Source: an uncultured Gammaproteobacteria bacterium (GTDB lineage: Bacteria > Patescibacteriota > Microgenomatia > UBA10105 > UBA927). Taken from it: a stretch of DNA of 64,000 nt. A model generated the notes under the pieces. The model did not search any database. It saw nothing but the letters and a program-made list of their open reading frames with translations, and was not told the origin of the DNA. Where the stretch lies: positions 14,589 through 78,588 of the forward strand of contig CAZUOM010000003.1 of assembly GCA_964621305.1 (NCBI GenBank), read 5' to 3'. Shown in pieces: positions 17,932 through 27,354 of this stretch (the first letter of the stretch is position 1; each line of letters starts with the position of its first letter). The position numbers and the translations under genes were made by a program.

Positions 17932-19549
17932 GTGGCTTCTGGTGGCATTATTGCCCGCGATATTTGCCGCGCGGGCCCTACTTGCGCCGGGATTCATTCC
18001 TACTCACGACGGAGAATATCACCTTATCCGTTTCCACGAATTTGAAACCATGCTCAAAAGTGGTTCGCTGTTTCCCCGTTGGGCGCCGAATCTTAACAGC
18101 GGGTATGGCGTGCCGCTGTTTAACTTCCACTACCCGTTTCCAAACTACTTCGGTTCACTCTTTCACTTTTTAGGGGCGAGTTTGGCTGATTCGGTAAAAC
18201 TTGTCCTTGTCACGGGTTACTTGACTGCGGTGGCTTTTTGTTTCCTTTGGCTGTCGGCGCTGTTTAAGAGGAGGGTAGCAGCCATTGGTACGATTGTGTT
18301 TTCGCTCGTTCCCTACTGGTTTGTTGATCTCTATGTTCGTGGCGTTGTCGGGGAAGTTTTAGCACTTGCTTGGGTGATGCTTGCCTTTGCATGTATCGAA
18401 CGCGGGTGGAAAGTAGGCGTTGCAGTTTCTATCGGGCTCCTTATCGCTAGTCACAATATCATGGCAATTTTATTTCTTCCAATATTATTTTTGTATCTGA
18501 TCGCGCGTCGTCGGTCTGCGATTGTCGCATTCTTTGTCGGCATTGGGCTTGCATCTTATTTTTGGATTCCTGCGCTTTTGGAGCGGGACTACGTTGTTGG
18601 ACTTAATTCTGTCAATTTCCGTGACCATTTTCCGGCTCTGACCCAGACCCTTTTTCCCTCCTGGGGGACCGGTTTTTCTCAACCAGGGCAAAACGCAGAC
18701 GAAATGTCGTTTCAGATCGGTGTCGTACCGTTAATGGTGTTGTTTGCGTCTTTGATTTTGTTTCTAAAGCATATGAAAAACGTACTGGCTTTATTTTTTC
18801 TTTTTATTTGCGGAGTTGGGTTTTTATTGATGCAGGAAACATCGCTTTGGATATGGGAATTTTTGTCGTTTTTGCAATACGTTCAATATCCCTGGCGGCT
18901 GTTATCTGTCTTTCTGCCGGGAGCGGCGTACCTCACAGGGTATCTGGTTATGAAGAAAGGCTTGTTCGTCGGAGCAACACTCGTGCTGGTTGCGGTTGTG
19001 GTGACAGTTCCCTACATCCGACCTGTTACCTACGAGCCGCGTTCAGACGTTTACTACCTCTCCCGGCCGAATTTTACCGACGGCACATCGTCTCTCGGGA
19101 ATACGTTTTCTACTCGATGGAGCCAGTGGAAGGGCAAAAGACCGAGAAACAAAGTTGAAGTTGTCAATGGAGAAGCTAGAGCAACCATATTGACAACTTC
19201 ATCCATCCGCTATAAGTTTTTACTTCAGGCGAAATCTGAAAGTCGCATCCGTGTTAACACACTGTATTACCCTGGCTGGAAGGTGTGGGTCGATGGTGAG
19301 CTCGTGCCGATTGACTACCAAAATGATGGGACCATCACCTTCCCCATCACTGTCGGAGAAAATAAGGTAACGGTTAGTTTCGCAGAGACACCTTTGCGAA
19401 AAGCCGCGGATGTTCTTTCATTGGCGAGTTTGTTATGGCTGATTTTTTCGGTTATACTCGATATTAATGCGCGTCGCCATCGACATCTCCCCACTTTCAA
19501 GCAACCACAAGGTTCGTGGTACCGGATTTTATACAAGAAATTTAATTGA
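17897..19549 (+). CDS. YfhO-like short-type polytopic membrane protein
   Basis: 550 aa. PTHDGEYHLIRFHEFETMLKSGSLFPRWAPNLNSGYGVPLFNFHYPFPNY and C-terminal YYPGWKVWVDGE. Confidence 0.65.
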   Translation: MLSGRGLKNMFKWLLVALLPAIFAARALLAPGFIPTHDGEYHLIRFHEFETMLKSGSLFPRWAPNLNSGYGVPLFNFHYPFPNYFGSLFHFLGASLADSVKLVLVTGYLTAVAFCFLWLSALFKRRVAAIGTIVFSLVPYWFVDLYVRGVVGEVLALAWVMLAFACIERGWKVGVAVSIGLLIASHNIMAILFLPILFLYLIARRRSAIVAFFVGIGLASYFWIPALLERDYVVGLNSVNFRDHFPALTQTLFPSWGTGFSQPGQNADEMSFQIGVVPLMVLFASLILFLKHMKNVLALFFLFICGVGFLLMQETSLWIWEFLSFLQYVQYPWRLLSVFLPGAAYLTGYLVMKKGLFVGATLVLVAVVVTVPYIRPVTYEPRSDVYYLSRPNFTDGTSSLGNTFSTRWSQWKGKRPRNKVEVVNGEARATILTTSSIRYKFLLQAKSESRIRVNTLYYPGWKVWVDGELVPIDYQNDGTITFPITVGENKVTVSFAETPLRKAADVLSLASLLWLIFSVILDINARRHRHLPTFKQPQGSWYRILYKKFN

Positions 19550-20543
19550 TGCGTTACAGAAGTACAAAAAGAGACATTCGTACCTTTTTTTTACTCGAGG
19601 AGATTTGGTACCCAAAAATGCAGACTTAGTCCATTATCCCTATTTTGATCCATTTTTCCCAACGCTGCCGCTTTTGAAACCAAAGCCTGTTGCGGTTACG
19701 GTCCATGACCTTATTCCATTGGTATTTCCAGATAAATTTCCAGCCGGATTAAGAGGTTTACTGAAATGGCAGTTGCAGCGGTTGTCTCTCTTGGGAGCCG
19801 ATCGTATCATCGCTGACTCAGCCCAGTCTGCGCAGGATATCGCGCGTTACTCTGGAGTTTCGCATGAGCGTATCGACGTGGTGCACCTTGCCCCAGGGGA
19901 AAGATTTCGAAAGATGGATAAGAAGGATAAGATGAATCAGAGGGGAATAGAACGGGTGAAGGCAAAGCACCACTTACCCGAGCACTTCATTCTCTACGTG
20001 GGAGATGTCAATTGGAACAAAAACATCCACGGAATGCTTGAAGCATTCCGAAATCTCAAAACTCAAAACTCAAAACTCAAAACTAAATTAGTTTTCGTTG
20101 GTGCCGCTTTTAAAAATAGTTTACTTGCTGAAACGAAGGATATCGACAACCATATCCATTCATTAAACGTAACTGACGATGTAATGAAACTGGGTTTTGT
20201 GCCGGATGAAGATTTACCGGCTATTTATTCGCTTGCAAGCGTTTACATCCAACCGTCGTTTTATGAAGGTTTTGGGCTGCCGGTTCTGGAGGCGATGGCA
20301 TGCGGGTGCCCAGTGGTGTGTTCGTACGTTGCCAGCCTTCGTGAGATTGGCGGGCCGGCCATTTCTATCGATCCCGACGACCCCGCCAACATCGCTTCAG
20401 GCATTTTGCGCGTGTTGTCCTTGTCTAAAGAGCAGAGAAATAAGCTGATAGGTGACCAGCGACAATGGGCAAAACAGTTTACCTGGAGGAATGTTGCGGC
20501 CCTAACCATGAAGGCCTATGAAAAAGTTTTGGCAAACAAATAG
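19467..20543 (+). CDS. GT4 (group 1) glycosyltransferase
   Basis: N-terminal MRVAIDISPL...GTGFYTRNL and C-terminal EGFGLPVLEAMACGCPVVCS (E-x7-E region) are typical of GT4 retaining glycosyltransferases. Confidence 0.75.
   Translation: MRVAIDISPLSSNHKVRGTGFYTRNLIDALQKYKKRHSYLFFTRGDLVPKNADLVHYPYFDPFFPTLPLLKPKPVAVTVHDLIPLVFPDKFPAGLRGLLKWQLQRLSLLGADRIIADSAQSAQDIARYSGVSHERIDVVHLAPGERFRKMDKKDKMNQRGIERVKAKHHLPEHFILYVGDVNWNKNIHGMLEAFRNLKTQNSKLKTKLVFVGAAFKNSLLAETKDIDNHIHSLNVTDDVMKLGFVPDEDLPAIYSLASVYIQPSFYEGFGLPVLEAMACGCPVVCSYVASLREIGGPAISIDPDDPANIASGILRVLSLSKEQRNKLIGDQRQWAKQFTWRNVAALTMKAYEKVLANK
20053..20087 (+). repeat. Heptanucleotide tandem repeat (aactcaa)x3 with degenerate flanking units inside GT4 CDS
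   Basis: atctcaa aactcaa aactcaa aactcaa aactaaa, encoding NLKTQNSKLKTK. Confidence 0.8.
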
Positions 20544-21630
20544 ACCAGTTGTGTTCTTATACATGCTTTGGTTGGCTGGTATGGTGTTCGTTGAGCGCCT
20601 AGCCCCGGCGTTATTTCTTTTGCGTGAGGAGTACGTGGGAGTTATTCCTTGGGCGAACTTTGACGGCATGCACTACGTCACCATTGGCACTGACGGCTAC
20701 CACCCGTACCAGCAAGCGTTCTTTCCCGGTTATCCACTGCTTATCCGTGCGTTTTCTGAATTATTTCCGAATATTTTAGCCGAGACAATCGCGATCGTTA
20801 TCTCTCGCATCCTATTCCTTCCGGCACTTTTGGTGTTTTACGCTTTGGCTCGAAGGGTAGTGCCGCAGCAGGCTGTCTGGGCAGTCGTTTTGCTCCTTTT
20901 GTTCCCAACGAGTTTTTTCTTTGGCGCAGCCTACACTGCCAGTCTCTACCTACTCCTTGGGGCAGGGGTGTTTCTTCTCTTGCTACACCGACAGCATCTT
21001 CTGGCTGGAATTGTTGGTGCGGCTGCAAGCGGGAGCTGGCTCTTTGGCGCGTTTCTCTTTCCGGCCGCTCTTTTGGCGTGGAAGGAGGAGGAGGAGAAGA
21101 AGAAAAATAAGGGGGACAAGAAGGATAAGAAGTGGGTATTGGCCATCTTCGTTATGCCGTTGGGACTGGTTGGGTACATGATATACCTCTGGTGGTCAAT
21201 GGGGGACCCGCTCGCATTCATCCACGTGCAGCCGTCTTTTGGTGCAGGCAGAAGTGGCGGGGAGATTATTCTTTTGCCACAGGTATTGTGGCGCTATGCC
21301 AAGATTCTCTTGACTGCATCCGCCAATACCGTTCAGTACTTTGTCGCGGGTTTTGAACTTTTGACCCTCATCTTGGCCCTGTTTCTCTTGTGGCAGGGGT
21401 ATTTGAGAAAACTGCCGCTGGCCTATCTTTTGTACTCGATGGCCATTGTTATTACCCCAACACTCACCGGTACGCTCTCATCATTCCCGCGGTACTTTCT
21501 CGCAGCATTTCCTCTTTTTTGGGTATTGGCGAATATTAGTGGAAGGACCAAAGTCGTGGTAGCATTGGTGTTTTTACTTGTGCAAGCTGTCGTTTCGAGT
21601 GCATTTTTGAGAGGGCACTTCGTTTCGTAA
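20518..21630 (+). CDS. Polytopic membrane protein, putative glycosyltransferase (mannosyltransferase-like)
   Basis: 370-aa multi-TM ORF. FDGMHYVTIGTDGYHPYQQAFFPGYPLL motif. Contains a polypurine-encoded charged loop WKEEEEKKKNKGDKKDKKW. Confidence 0.5.
   Translation: MKKFWQTNRPVVFLYMLWLAGMVFVERLAPALFLLREEYVGVIPWANFDGMHYVTIGTDGYHPYQQAFFPGYPLLIRAFSELFPNILAETIAIVISRILFLPALLVFYALARRVVPQQAVWAVVLLLLFPTSFFFGAAYTASLYLLLGAGVFLLLLHRQHLLAGIVGAAASGSWLFGAFLFPAALLAWKEEEEKKKNKGDKKDKKWVLAIFVMPLGLVGYMIYLWWSMGDPLAFIHVQPSFGAGRSGGEIILLPQVLWRYAKILLTASANTVQYFVAGFELLTLILALFLLWQGYLRKLPLAYLLYSMAIVITPTLTGTLSSFPRYFLAAFPLFWVLANISGRTKVVVALVFLLVQAVVSSAFLRGHFVS
21061..21135 (+). repeat. Polypurine (GAR) tract inside a membrane-protein CDS
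   Basis: gaaggaggaggaggagaagaagaaaaataagggggacaagaaggataagaag, encoding the low-complexity loop WKEEEEKKKNKGDKKDKKW. Generates spurious Arg-rich and Phe-rich ORFs in other frames. Confidence 0.7.
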
Positions 21631-21635
21631 GAAAT

Positions 21636-22322
21636 ATGAAAACATTATCGGTCATCATGCCGGTCTATAATGAGGAAGCAACCGTTTCCGAGATACTGCG
21701 GCGGGTATTTGCTGTGAGGATTGCCGGATGGAAGAAGGAAGTCATTGTTGTGGATGATGGGTCAACAGACGGGACGAGGGCAGCCTTGAAACGGTGGGAG
21801 GGGAAAGCGATTGTTATCTTCCAGAAAAAAAATCAAGGCAAGGGGTCAGCCATAACTGCCGGGCTTTTGCGTGTTACCGGGGATATCGTGCTTATTCAGG
21901 ACGCTGACCTTGAATATAATCCGCAAGACTACCCCACACTTCTTGCGCCCTTTGACGATACACGGATACACGTGGTGTACGGATCGCGCTTCCTGGGGCC
22001 GCATCTGACTACTATGTTTGTGTATGAGGTGGGGAACAAATTCATCACTTTTGTAACGAACCTTCTGTTTAACACCAATATCACAGATGTTGAAACCGGA
22101 TACAAGGTGTTCCGACACAAGGTACTTGCGGCAATGACACTGCGGGCCAAACGATTTGATTTTGAACCGGAAGTTACGGTTAAGCTACTCAAAGCTGGCT
22201 ATCAGATATACGAAGTACCCATCTCGTACTTTGGAAGGAAGTTTTCTGAAGGGAAGAAGTTGACATGGAAAGATGGAGTGATGGCAATCTGGACGCTTCT
22301 CGTGTATCGTTTTTTCCCCTAA
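21636..22322 (+). CDS. GT2 glycosyltransferase, polyprenyl-phosphate sugar synthase-like (Dpm1/GtrB-like)
   Basis: LSVIMPVYNEEATVSEIL...VVDDGSTDGT...QKKNQGKGSAITAGL...LIQDADLEYNPQDY, a classic Dpm1/GtrB-type GT2. Confidence 0.8.
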   Translation: MKTLSVIMPVYNEEATVSEILRRVFAVRIAGWKKEVIVVDDGSTDGTRAALKRWEGKAIVIFQKKNQGKGSAITAGLLRVTGDIVLIQDADLEYNPQDYPTLLAPFDDTRIHVVYGSRFLGPHLTTMFVYEVGNKFITFVTNLLFNTNITDVETGYKVFRHKVLAAMTLRAKRFDFEPEVTVKLLKAGYQIYEVPISYFGRKFSEGKKLTWKDGVMAIWTLLVYRFFP

Positions 22323-22323
22323 T

Positions 22324-23565
22324 ATGCACTGGGAGTCACTTTTATCCAACAAACTGCTGCGCGCTGGTGGCGTGGTGTATGCAGGATCGATGGTGGCCAA
22401 TGTGGCTGCCTGGGGCTACCATGTCCTGGTTGGTCGTATTTTGGGCGCAGAGGCCTATGGAGAGCTGGCTGCTCTCTTGTCACTGTTTTACCTGGTCAAT
22501 GTTCCTTCTGTTGTGCTCCAGACGATTCTCGTCAAGTTCTTTTCGGTTCTTAAGGCTCGTGGTGATACCGGCGGAGCGAGGCACTTATTTGAACGCGTAA
22601 CTATTTTTTTGATTGCGGCTCTTGTCGTAGTCGGGGTGATCGCATCCTTCTTGGTGCCTACGCTGGCGTCATTTCTCCATATTGATAACCGCTGGTATTT
22701 CGTCTTTCTCTACCTCATTTTTGCAACGTTCATCGTATCGGTGGTGAACACCAGTCTCCTCCAGGGGTACCAGCGATTTGTGGCCGTCAGCATATTTACC
22801 AACCTGGGGGTGATTCTGCGACTGATAGTCAGTATCCCTGCGGCGCTTTTCGGGGTTGGTTGGACCTTGGTTGCCAACATCGCATCAAACGTAACCAGCT
22901 ACCTCCTCATGTTTGTTCCGATGCAATTTCTCTTTCGCCAAAAACCGGTGGCGGTTGCCATCACAAAGGAGCAGGCGCTGGGTTTTAGTTTATCTGCTCT
23001 TTTGGCAACAGTCGGTGTTGTCGCCCTGTTTTCCGTCGATGTCATACTCGTCAAACACTACTTTTTGCCCTTTGAGGCCGGCATATATAGTGCACTTTCG
23101 ATACTTGGTAAAGTGGTCTATTACGCATCGTTTGCGGTAACGTTTGTTCTCTATCCGGTCTTGGCGGAGCGCAAAGAGCAACGCCGAGACCATAGGCGGA
23201 TTGTGTTCGTTGGACTTTCGTTTATTGGAGCCACAGGTTTGGCCGTTACCGCTTTGTACACGCGTTTCCCGTCCTGGGTGATTATTCCATTTGGGGCTGC
23301 GTATAAAGATGCAGTACCGTACTTAGGAAGTTTTGCGTTGTTCATTTCATTTTTTTCTTTGGCCAACATCCTCGTGACGATACTTTTGGCCCTGGATGCA
23401 CGGCGCGTGTGGGTTATGAGCGTTGCCGCAGCCACCACCCAGGCCACGTTGATCGTGCTGTCTCATACGAGCTTACAGAGGGTCATTGCAATCAACACGG
23501 CTGTTTCGGCGGCCCTGGCCGCTCTACTTCTGCTATACTACCTCTATGTTATCCGGCGCACGTAA
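22324..23565 (+). CDS. MOP-superfamily oligosaccharide flippase-like membrane protein (Wzx-like)
   Basis: 413-aa ORF with about 12 TM segments. N-terminal L...G.VVYAGSMVANVAAWGYHVLVGRILGAEAYGELAA pattern is typical of polysaccharide biosynthesis (PF01943-like) flippases. Confidence 0.6.
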   Translation: MHWESLLSNKLLRAGGVVYAGSMVANVAAWGYHVLVGRILGAEAYGELAALLSLFYLVNVPSVVLQTILVKFFSVLKARGDTGGARHLFERVTIFLIAALVVVGVIASFLVPTLASFLHIDNRWYFVFLYLIFATFIVSVVNTSLLQGYQRFVAVSIFTNLGVILRLIVSIPAALFGVGWTLVANIASNVTSYLLMFVPMQFLFRQKPVAVAITKEQALGFSLSALLATVGVVALFSVDVILVKHYFLPFEAGIYSALSILGKVVYYASFAVTFVLYPVLAERKEQRRDHRRIVFVGLSFIGATGLAVTALYTRFPSWVIIPFGAAYKDAVPYLGSFALFISFFSLANILVTILLALDARRVWVMSVAAATTQATLIVLSHTSLQRVIAINTAVSAALAALLLLYYLYVIRRT

Positions 23566-24346
23566 GCTCCTTTCTCTTATCATTCCAGTCTACAATCAGG
23601 AGAAAACCATCGCGAAAAACCTTCGCAATATTGTTGCGGCACTCGAGCAGCTAACGCATCCATACGAAATTATTGTCGTCGTCGACGGAGCAACCGACAA
23701 AAGCATGGAGGAAGCAAAAAAGGTATCCTCACAACATCTATCGGTTGTTGGGTATAAAACGAATAAAGGAAAGGGCTACGCGGTGCGGTTTGGGATGGCA
23801 AAAAGTCACGGTGACATCATCGGATTTCTTGATTCTGGCGGGGATATCGATGAGACGGGGTTAACAATGATGTTGGAACATTTTCGTTGGTACAATGCCG
23901 ACATCATCGTGGGGAGTAAACGACATCCAGTCTCAAAAGTTTACTACCCACTCGGTCGCAAGATTCTCTCTCTCGGATACCAACTTATTGTGCGGCTTCT
24001 TTTTGGCCTTAACATCCGCGACACCCAGGTGGGGTTCAAGCTCTACCGTCGGGATGTGTTGGAGGATGTACTCCCGCGACTTTTGGTGAAGCAGTTTGCC
24101 TTTGATATCGAGATTTTGGCTGTCGCGCATCAATTGGGGTACCGGCGGATCTTTGAGGCGCCGGTAGAGCTTGATTTCACCGGCGCATCCAGTATCACCT
24201 CTACTAGTTTTTGGAAAGTAGTTTTACACACGCTGTGGGATACGTTGGCCGTGTTTTATAGGTTGAAGATTTTATGCTACTACGATAACGCAAACAAACG
24301 GAAATGGCGTTTCGACCCTGAACTTAATTTTCGCGTAAACGTCTGA
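23546..24346 (+). CDS. GT2 family glycosyltransferase
   Basis: LSLIIPVYNQEKTIAKNL...IVVVDGATDKS...KGKGYAV...GFLDSGGDID. Internal ATG at 23546 is preferred over the ORF-track start at 23486, which overlaps the previous gene. Confidence 0.7.
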   Translation: MLSGARKLLSLIIPVYNQEKTIAKNLRNIVAALEQLTHPYEIIVVVDGATDKSMEEAKKVSSQHLSVVGYKTNKGKGYAVRFGMAKSHGDIIGFLDSGGDIDETGLTMMLEHFRWYNADIIVGSKRHPVSKVYYPLGRKILSLGYQLIVRLLFGLNIRDTQVGFKLYRRDVLEDVLPRLLVKQFAFDIEILAVAHQLGYRRIFEAPVELDFTGASSITSTSFWKVVLHTLWDTLAVFYRLKILCYYDNANKRKWRFDPELNFRVNV

Positions 24347-24352
24347 TAACCC

Positions 24353-25462
24353 ATGCGAATTCTTGTTTTTAACTGGCGGGATATAAAAAATCCGCAGGCT
24401 GGTGGAGCAGAGCTCCTCACCCACGAGCTTGCAAAACGATGGAAGAAACATGGACACACAGTAACCTTATTTACCTCAGGATTTTCCGGTGCAAAGGCTG
24501 ACGATGCTATCGATGGAGTCACGGTTATTCGGCGGGGGAGATGGTGGAGTGTGCACGGATTGGCTTTTTTCTATTATCTGTTGCACTTCCGAAGCTTGGT
24601 CGATGTGGTGGTGGATGAAGTCCACTGGTATCCTTTTTTTAGCGTACTGTATGCGCGACACAAGACAGTTCTTTTGGCCTGCGAAGTTGCCAACCGATTA
24701 TTTTTTCAGCTTTTGCCATACCCACTTGCGCTTCTTGGACGATGGTTGGAGAAGATCTACCTTTTTATCTATCGGAGCACACCGGTTATGGCAATCTCCC
24801 CATCGACCAAGCGCGATCTTGTCGCCGAGGGCATAGATGCAGGTCAGATTACCATCTTGCCCATGGGAGTTACTGTGCCAAAGACCGCTTCTAGGTTGAA
24901 AAAAAGTATGCACCCGACGATTCTCTTCCTCGGTCGTCTGCATCCACTAAAGGGCGCACGTGATGCCATCGATGCGTTTGCGTTGATTCGAAAAAAGCTC
25001 CCTTCTGCAAAACTGTGGATTGTTGGAGAGGGTCAAAGTCGCTACAAAAAACAGCTCGATACACAGATTCACTCACTCGCACTCGCATCTTCGGTAACAT
25101 TTTTTGGACACGTATCCGAGCGAAGAAAATTTGAGCTCTTAGCCGCGGGACACCTCTTATTGGTACCGTCGGTACACGAGGGGTGGGGGTTGGTGGTGGC
25201 TGAAGCAGCGCACGTGGGGACTCCGGCGGTTGGCTACCGCACAGCCGGTATTGCCGATGTCATCGTTGATGGAAAGACCGGAGTTCTTGTGCCGCCCGGA
25301 AACATAGAGGAATTGGCGTTAGAAACACTGAAACTATGGGAAGATCGTGCCAGATACAAACGGTACCAGACAGCTGGAAAAAAACGAGCGTTATCTATGA
25401 ACTGGGGCAATACGGCGCTGGTTGCACTTTCCGTATTGGTCAAGGCGCATGAGAAAAACTAA
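24353..25462 (+). CDS. GT4 (group 1) glycosyltransferase
   Basis: MRILVFNWRDIKNPQAGGAE...PSVHEGWGLVVAEAAHVGTPAV, a GT4 signature. Confidence 0.8.
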   Translation: MRILVFNWRDIKNPQAGGAELLTHELAKRWKKHGHTVTLFTSGFSGAKADDAIDGVTVIRRGRWWSVHGLAFFYYLLHFRSLVDVVVDEVHWYPFFSVLYARHKTVLLACEVANRLFFQLLPYPLALLGRWLEKIYLFIYRSTPVMAISPSTKRDLVAEGIDAGQITILPMGVTVPKTASRLKKSMHPTILFLGRLHPLKGARDAIDAFALIRKKLPSAKLWIVGEGQSRYKKQLDTQIHSLALASSVTFFGHVSERRKFELLAAGHLLLVPSVHEGWGLVVAEAAHVGTPAVGYRTAGIADVIVDGKTGVLVPPGNIEELALETLKLWEDRARYKRYQTAGKKRALSMNWGNTALVALSVLVKAHEKN

Positions 25463-26468
25463 CCTTCCAACCATAAGTGTCGTGATCGCTACATATAACT
25501 CGTCGCGAACAATCGGGCGCTGCCTCAAAAGCATCCGGCAGCAGCACTACCCGCAGGAGAAGGTCGAGATTATTATCACCGACGGCGCTTCCACCGATAC
25601 GACGAAAGAGATTGCTTTAGGCCACATCGTGCGATGGATTGACGTCCCTTCTGCCCGTCAAAACGCCGAGTACAACAAGGCGACGGGTATTGCGGCAGCA
25701 AGCCATGAGATTATCGCGATGATTGATCACGACAATGTATTGCCACACGTCAGGTGGCTTCAGAATATGGTGGCGCCGCTTGCCAAGCATAAAGAGGTCG
25801 TCGGTGTCGAGACACTTCGGTATCACTATGATCCGCGGGTGTCGCTTCTCGATAGATACTTTTCGCTTTTTGGCGCTGGGGATCCATTGGTGTGGTATAT
25901 GGGAAAAGCCGATAGACTTTCGTACATCTATGACAGCTACGCGCTTAAAGGCGCGGCGAAGGATTGCGGCGCGTACTATTTAGTACAGTTTCGTCCTGAT
26001 ACCATGACGACCATAGGAGCGAATGGGTTCCTAGTTAGAAGAGACGTGCTTATGAAAAACGCTAATGTGGCGCCGCGCAAGTATTTTGATATGGATGTAA
26101 ATGTTGACTTGATCAAAAAGGGATTTAACACATATGCATTTGTGAAAGATTCGATTTTGCACCTTACAGGTTATGGCAGCGTTTCGAATTTTTTGAAACG
26201 CAGATTGTTGTTTTTGACCCAATATCGATTTGGGAGGGAAGTGGCGCGTGTGCAAAAATTACGCCGATACGGAAAGTTATCAGGGAAAGACAAGTGGCAT
26301 CTTCTCTGGGCGATTATCGCGTGTGCAACGCTCGTTGTTCCGCTGTATGATAGTATTCGCGGGTGGAGAAAAGTGAAGGACAGGGCGTGGTTTCTCCATC
26401 CGGTATTGTGTCTAAGTTTCGTTGCGATATATGGTCTTGCAGTTGGAAAAAAACTTTTGGCGAAATAG
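25449..26468 (+). CDS. GT2 family glycosyltransferase
   Basis: ISVVIATYNSSRTIGRCLKSIRQQHY...IIITDGASTDTT...IDHDN. An alternative start at 25422 is in the ORF track. Confidence 0.65.
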   Translation: MRKTNLPTISVVIATYNSSRTIGRCLKSIRQQHYPQEKVEIIITDGASTDTTKEIALGHIVRWIDVPSARQNAEYNKATGIAAASHEIIAMIDHDNVLPHVRWLQNMVAPLAKHKEVVGVETLRYHYDPRVSLLDRYFSLFGAGDPLVWYMGKADRLSYIYDSYALKGAAKDCGAYYLVQFRPDTMTTIGANGFLVRRDVLMKNANVAPRKYFDMDVNVDLIKKGFNTYAFVKDSILHLTGYGSVSNFLKRRLLFLTQYRFGREVARVQKLRRYGKLSGKDKWHLLWAIIACATLVVPLYDSIRGWRKVKDRAWFLHPVLCLSFVAIYGLAVGKKLLAK

Positions 26469-27354
26469 GCGAGTTTTGGTGACGGGCGCGGGCGGTTTTG
26501 TCGGATCGCACCTGAGAGAAACACTTGTGGCACTTCGTGCAAACGTCATGACACTTGCTCGAAAGAATGACGGAGTCGATATTACCCGTAGGGAGGATGT
26601 TGCCCCGATGTTTGAAAAAAATCCGTCCGTGGTGTTTCACCTAGCTGGTGAGGCTCTGGTAGAGCGGGGGCAGAAGGCTCCCTACGAGACATTCCGTACA
26701 AACGTGATGGCCACGCTTAACGTTCTGGAACTCTGCCGCTTGACTAAGGTCGCAAGGATCATCATCGCTTCCACGGCTCACGTCTACGGCGCCGGACAAC
26801 CGCCGTATACCGAAGACGATCCGCCACGCCCTTCTCGGCCGTATGAGACGAGTAAAACCGCAACGGATCTCTTGGCCCAGTCATATGCCGACAGTTTTCG
26901 TTTACCCGTGGTTATCCCTAGGTTTGTCAACATTTATGGCCCGGGCGATGCAAATATGACAAGGCTTATCCCAAAAACCATGTACCATATCCTTCGTGGC
27001 AAGCCCCTGCCGATGTGGGGCGGGAAGGCAAAAAGAGAGTATATCTACATTGATGATGCGATCAATGCCTATCTTCTCCTTGCCACCATGTTAGAGGATA
27101 AGTTGGAGAAAAATCGCATCTTCAATTTCGGGTCGGGCAGACCAGTGACGGTTGTAGAACTTGTCCGGCGCATTGGGAAAGTTGTAGGGCATTCCGTGCG
27201 GATCAAGCACATCCGAAAAGAGAGAGAAGGGGAGATAGCCGAGCAGTATGTCTCCTGGGAGAAGGCCCGGCGTGTGTTGGGGTGGAGGCCGCGGATATCT
27301 CTTGATGAGGGGCTACAGCGCACCGTTGCGTGGTATCGCAGGAACCCTCTATAA
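26422..27354 (+). CDS. NAD-dependent NDP-sugar epimerase/dehydratase (SDR family)
   Basis: Rossmann motif VLVTGAGGFVGSHL and catalytic YETSK (YxxxK). About 310 aa, extended SDR. Confidence 0.75.
   Translation: MRYMVLQLEKNFWRNRRVLVTGAGGFVGSHLRETLVALRANVMTLARKNDGVDITRREDVAPMFEKNPSVVFHLAGEALVERGQKAPYETFRTNVMATLNVLELCRLTKVARIIIASTAHVYGAGQPPYTEDDPPRPSRPYETSKTATDLLAQSYADSFRLPVVIPRFVNIYGPGDANMTRLIPKTMYHILRGKPLPMWGGKAKREYIYIDDAINAYLLLATMLEDKLEKNRIFNFGSGRPVTVVELVRRIGKVVGHSVRIKHIRKEREGEIAEQYVSWEKARRVLGWRPRISLDEGLQRTVAWYRRNPL

Noticed and set aside
20921-21221. Arg-rich ORF (20921..21181, +) and Phe/Ser-rich ORF (20946..21221, -)
   Set aside because: Artefacts of the polypurine/polypyrimidine tract inside the real CDS 20518..21630.
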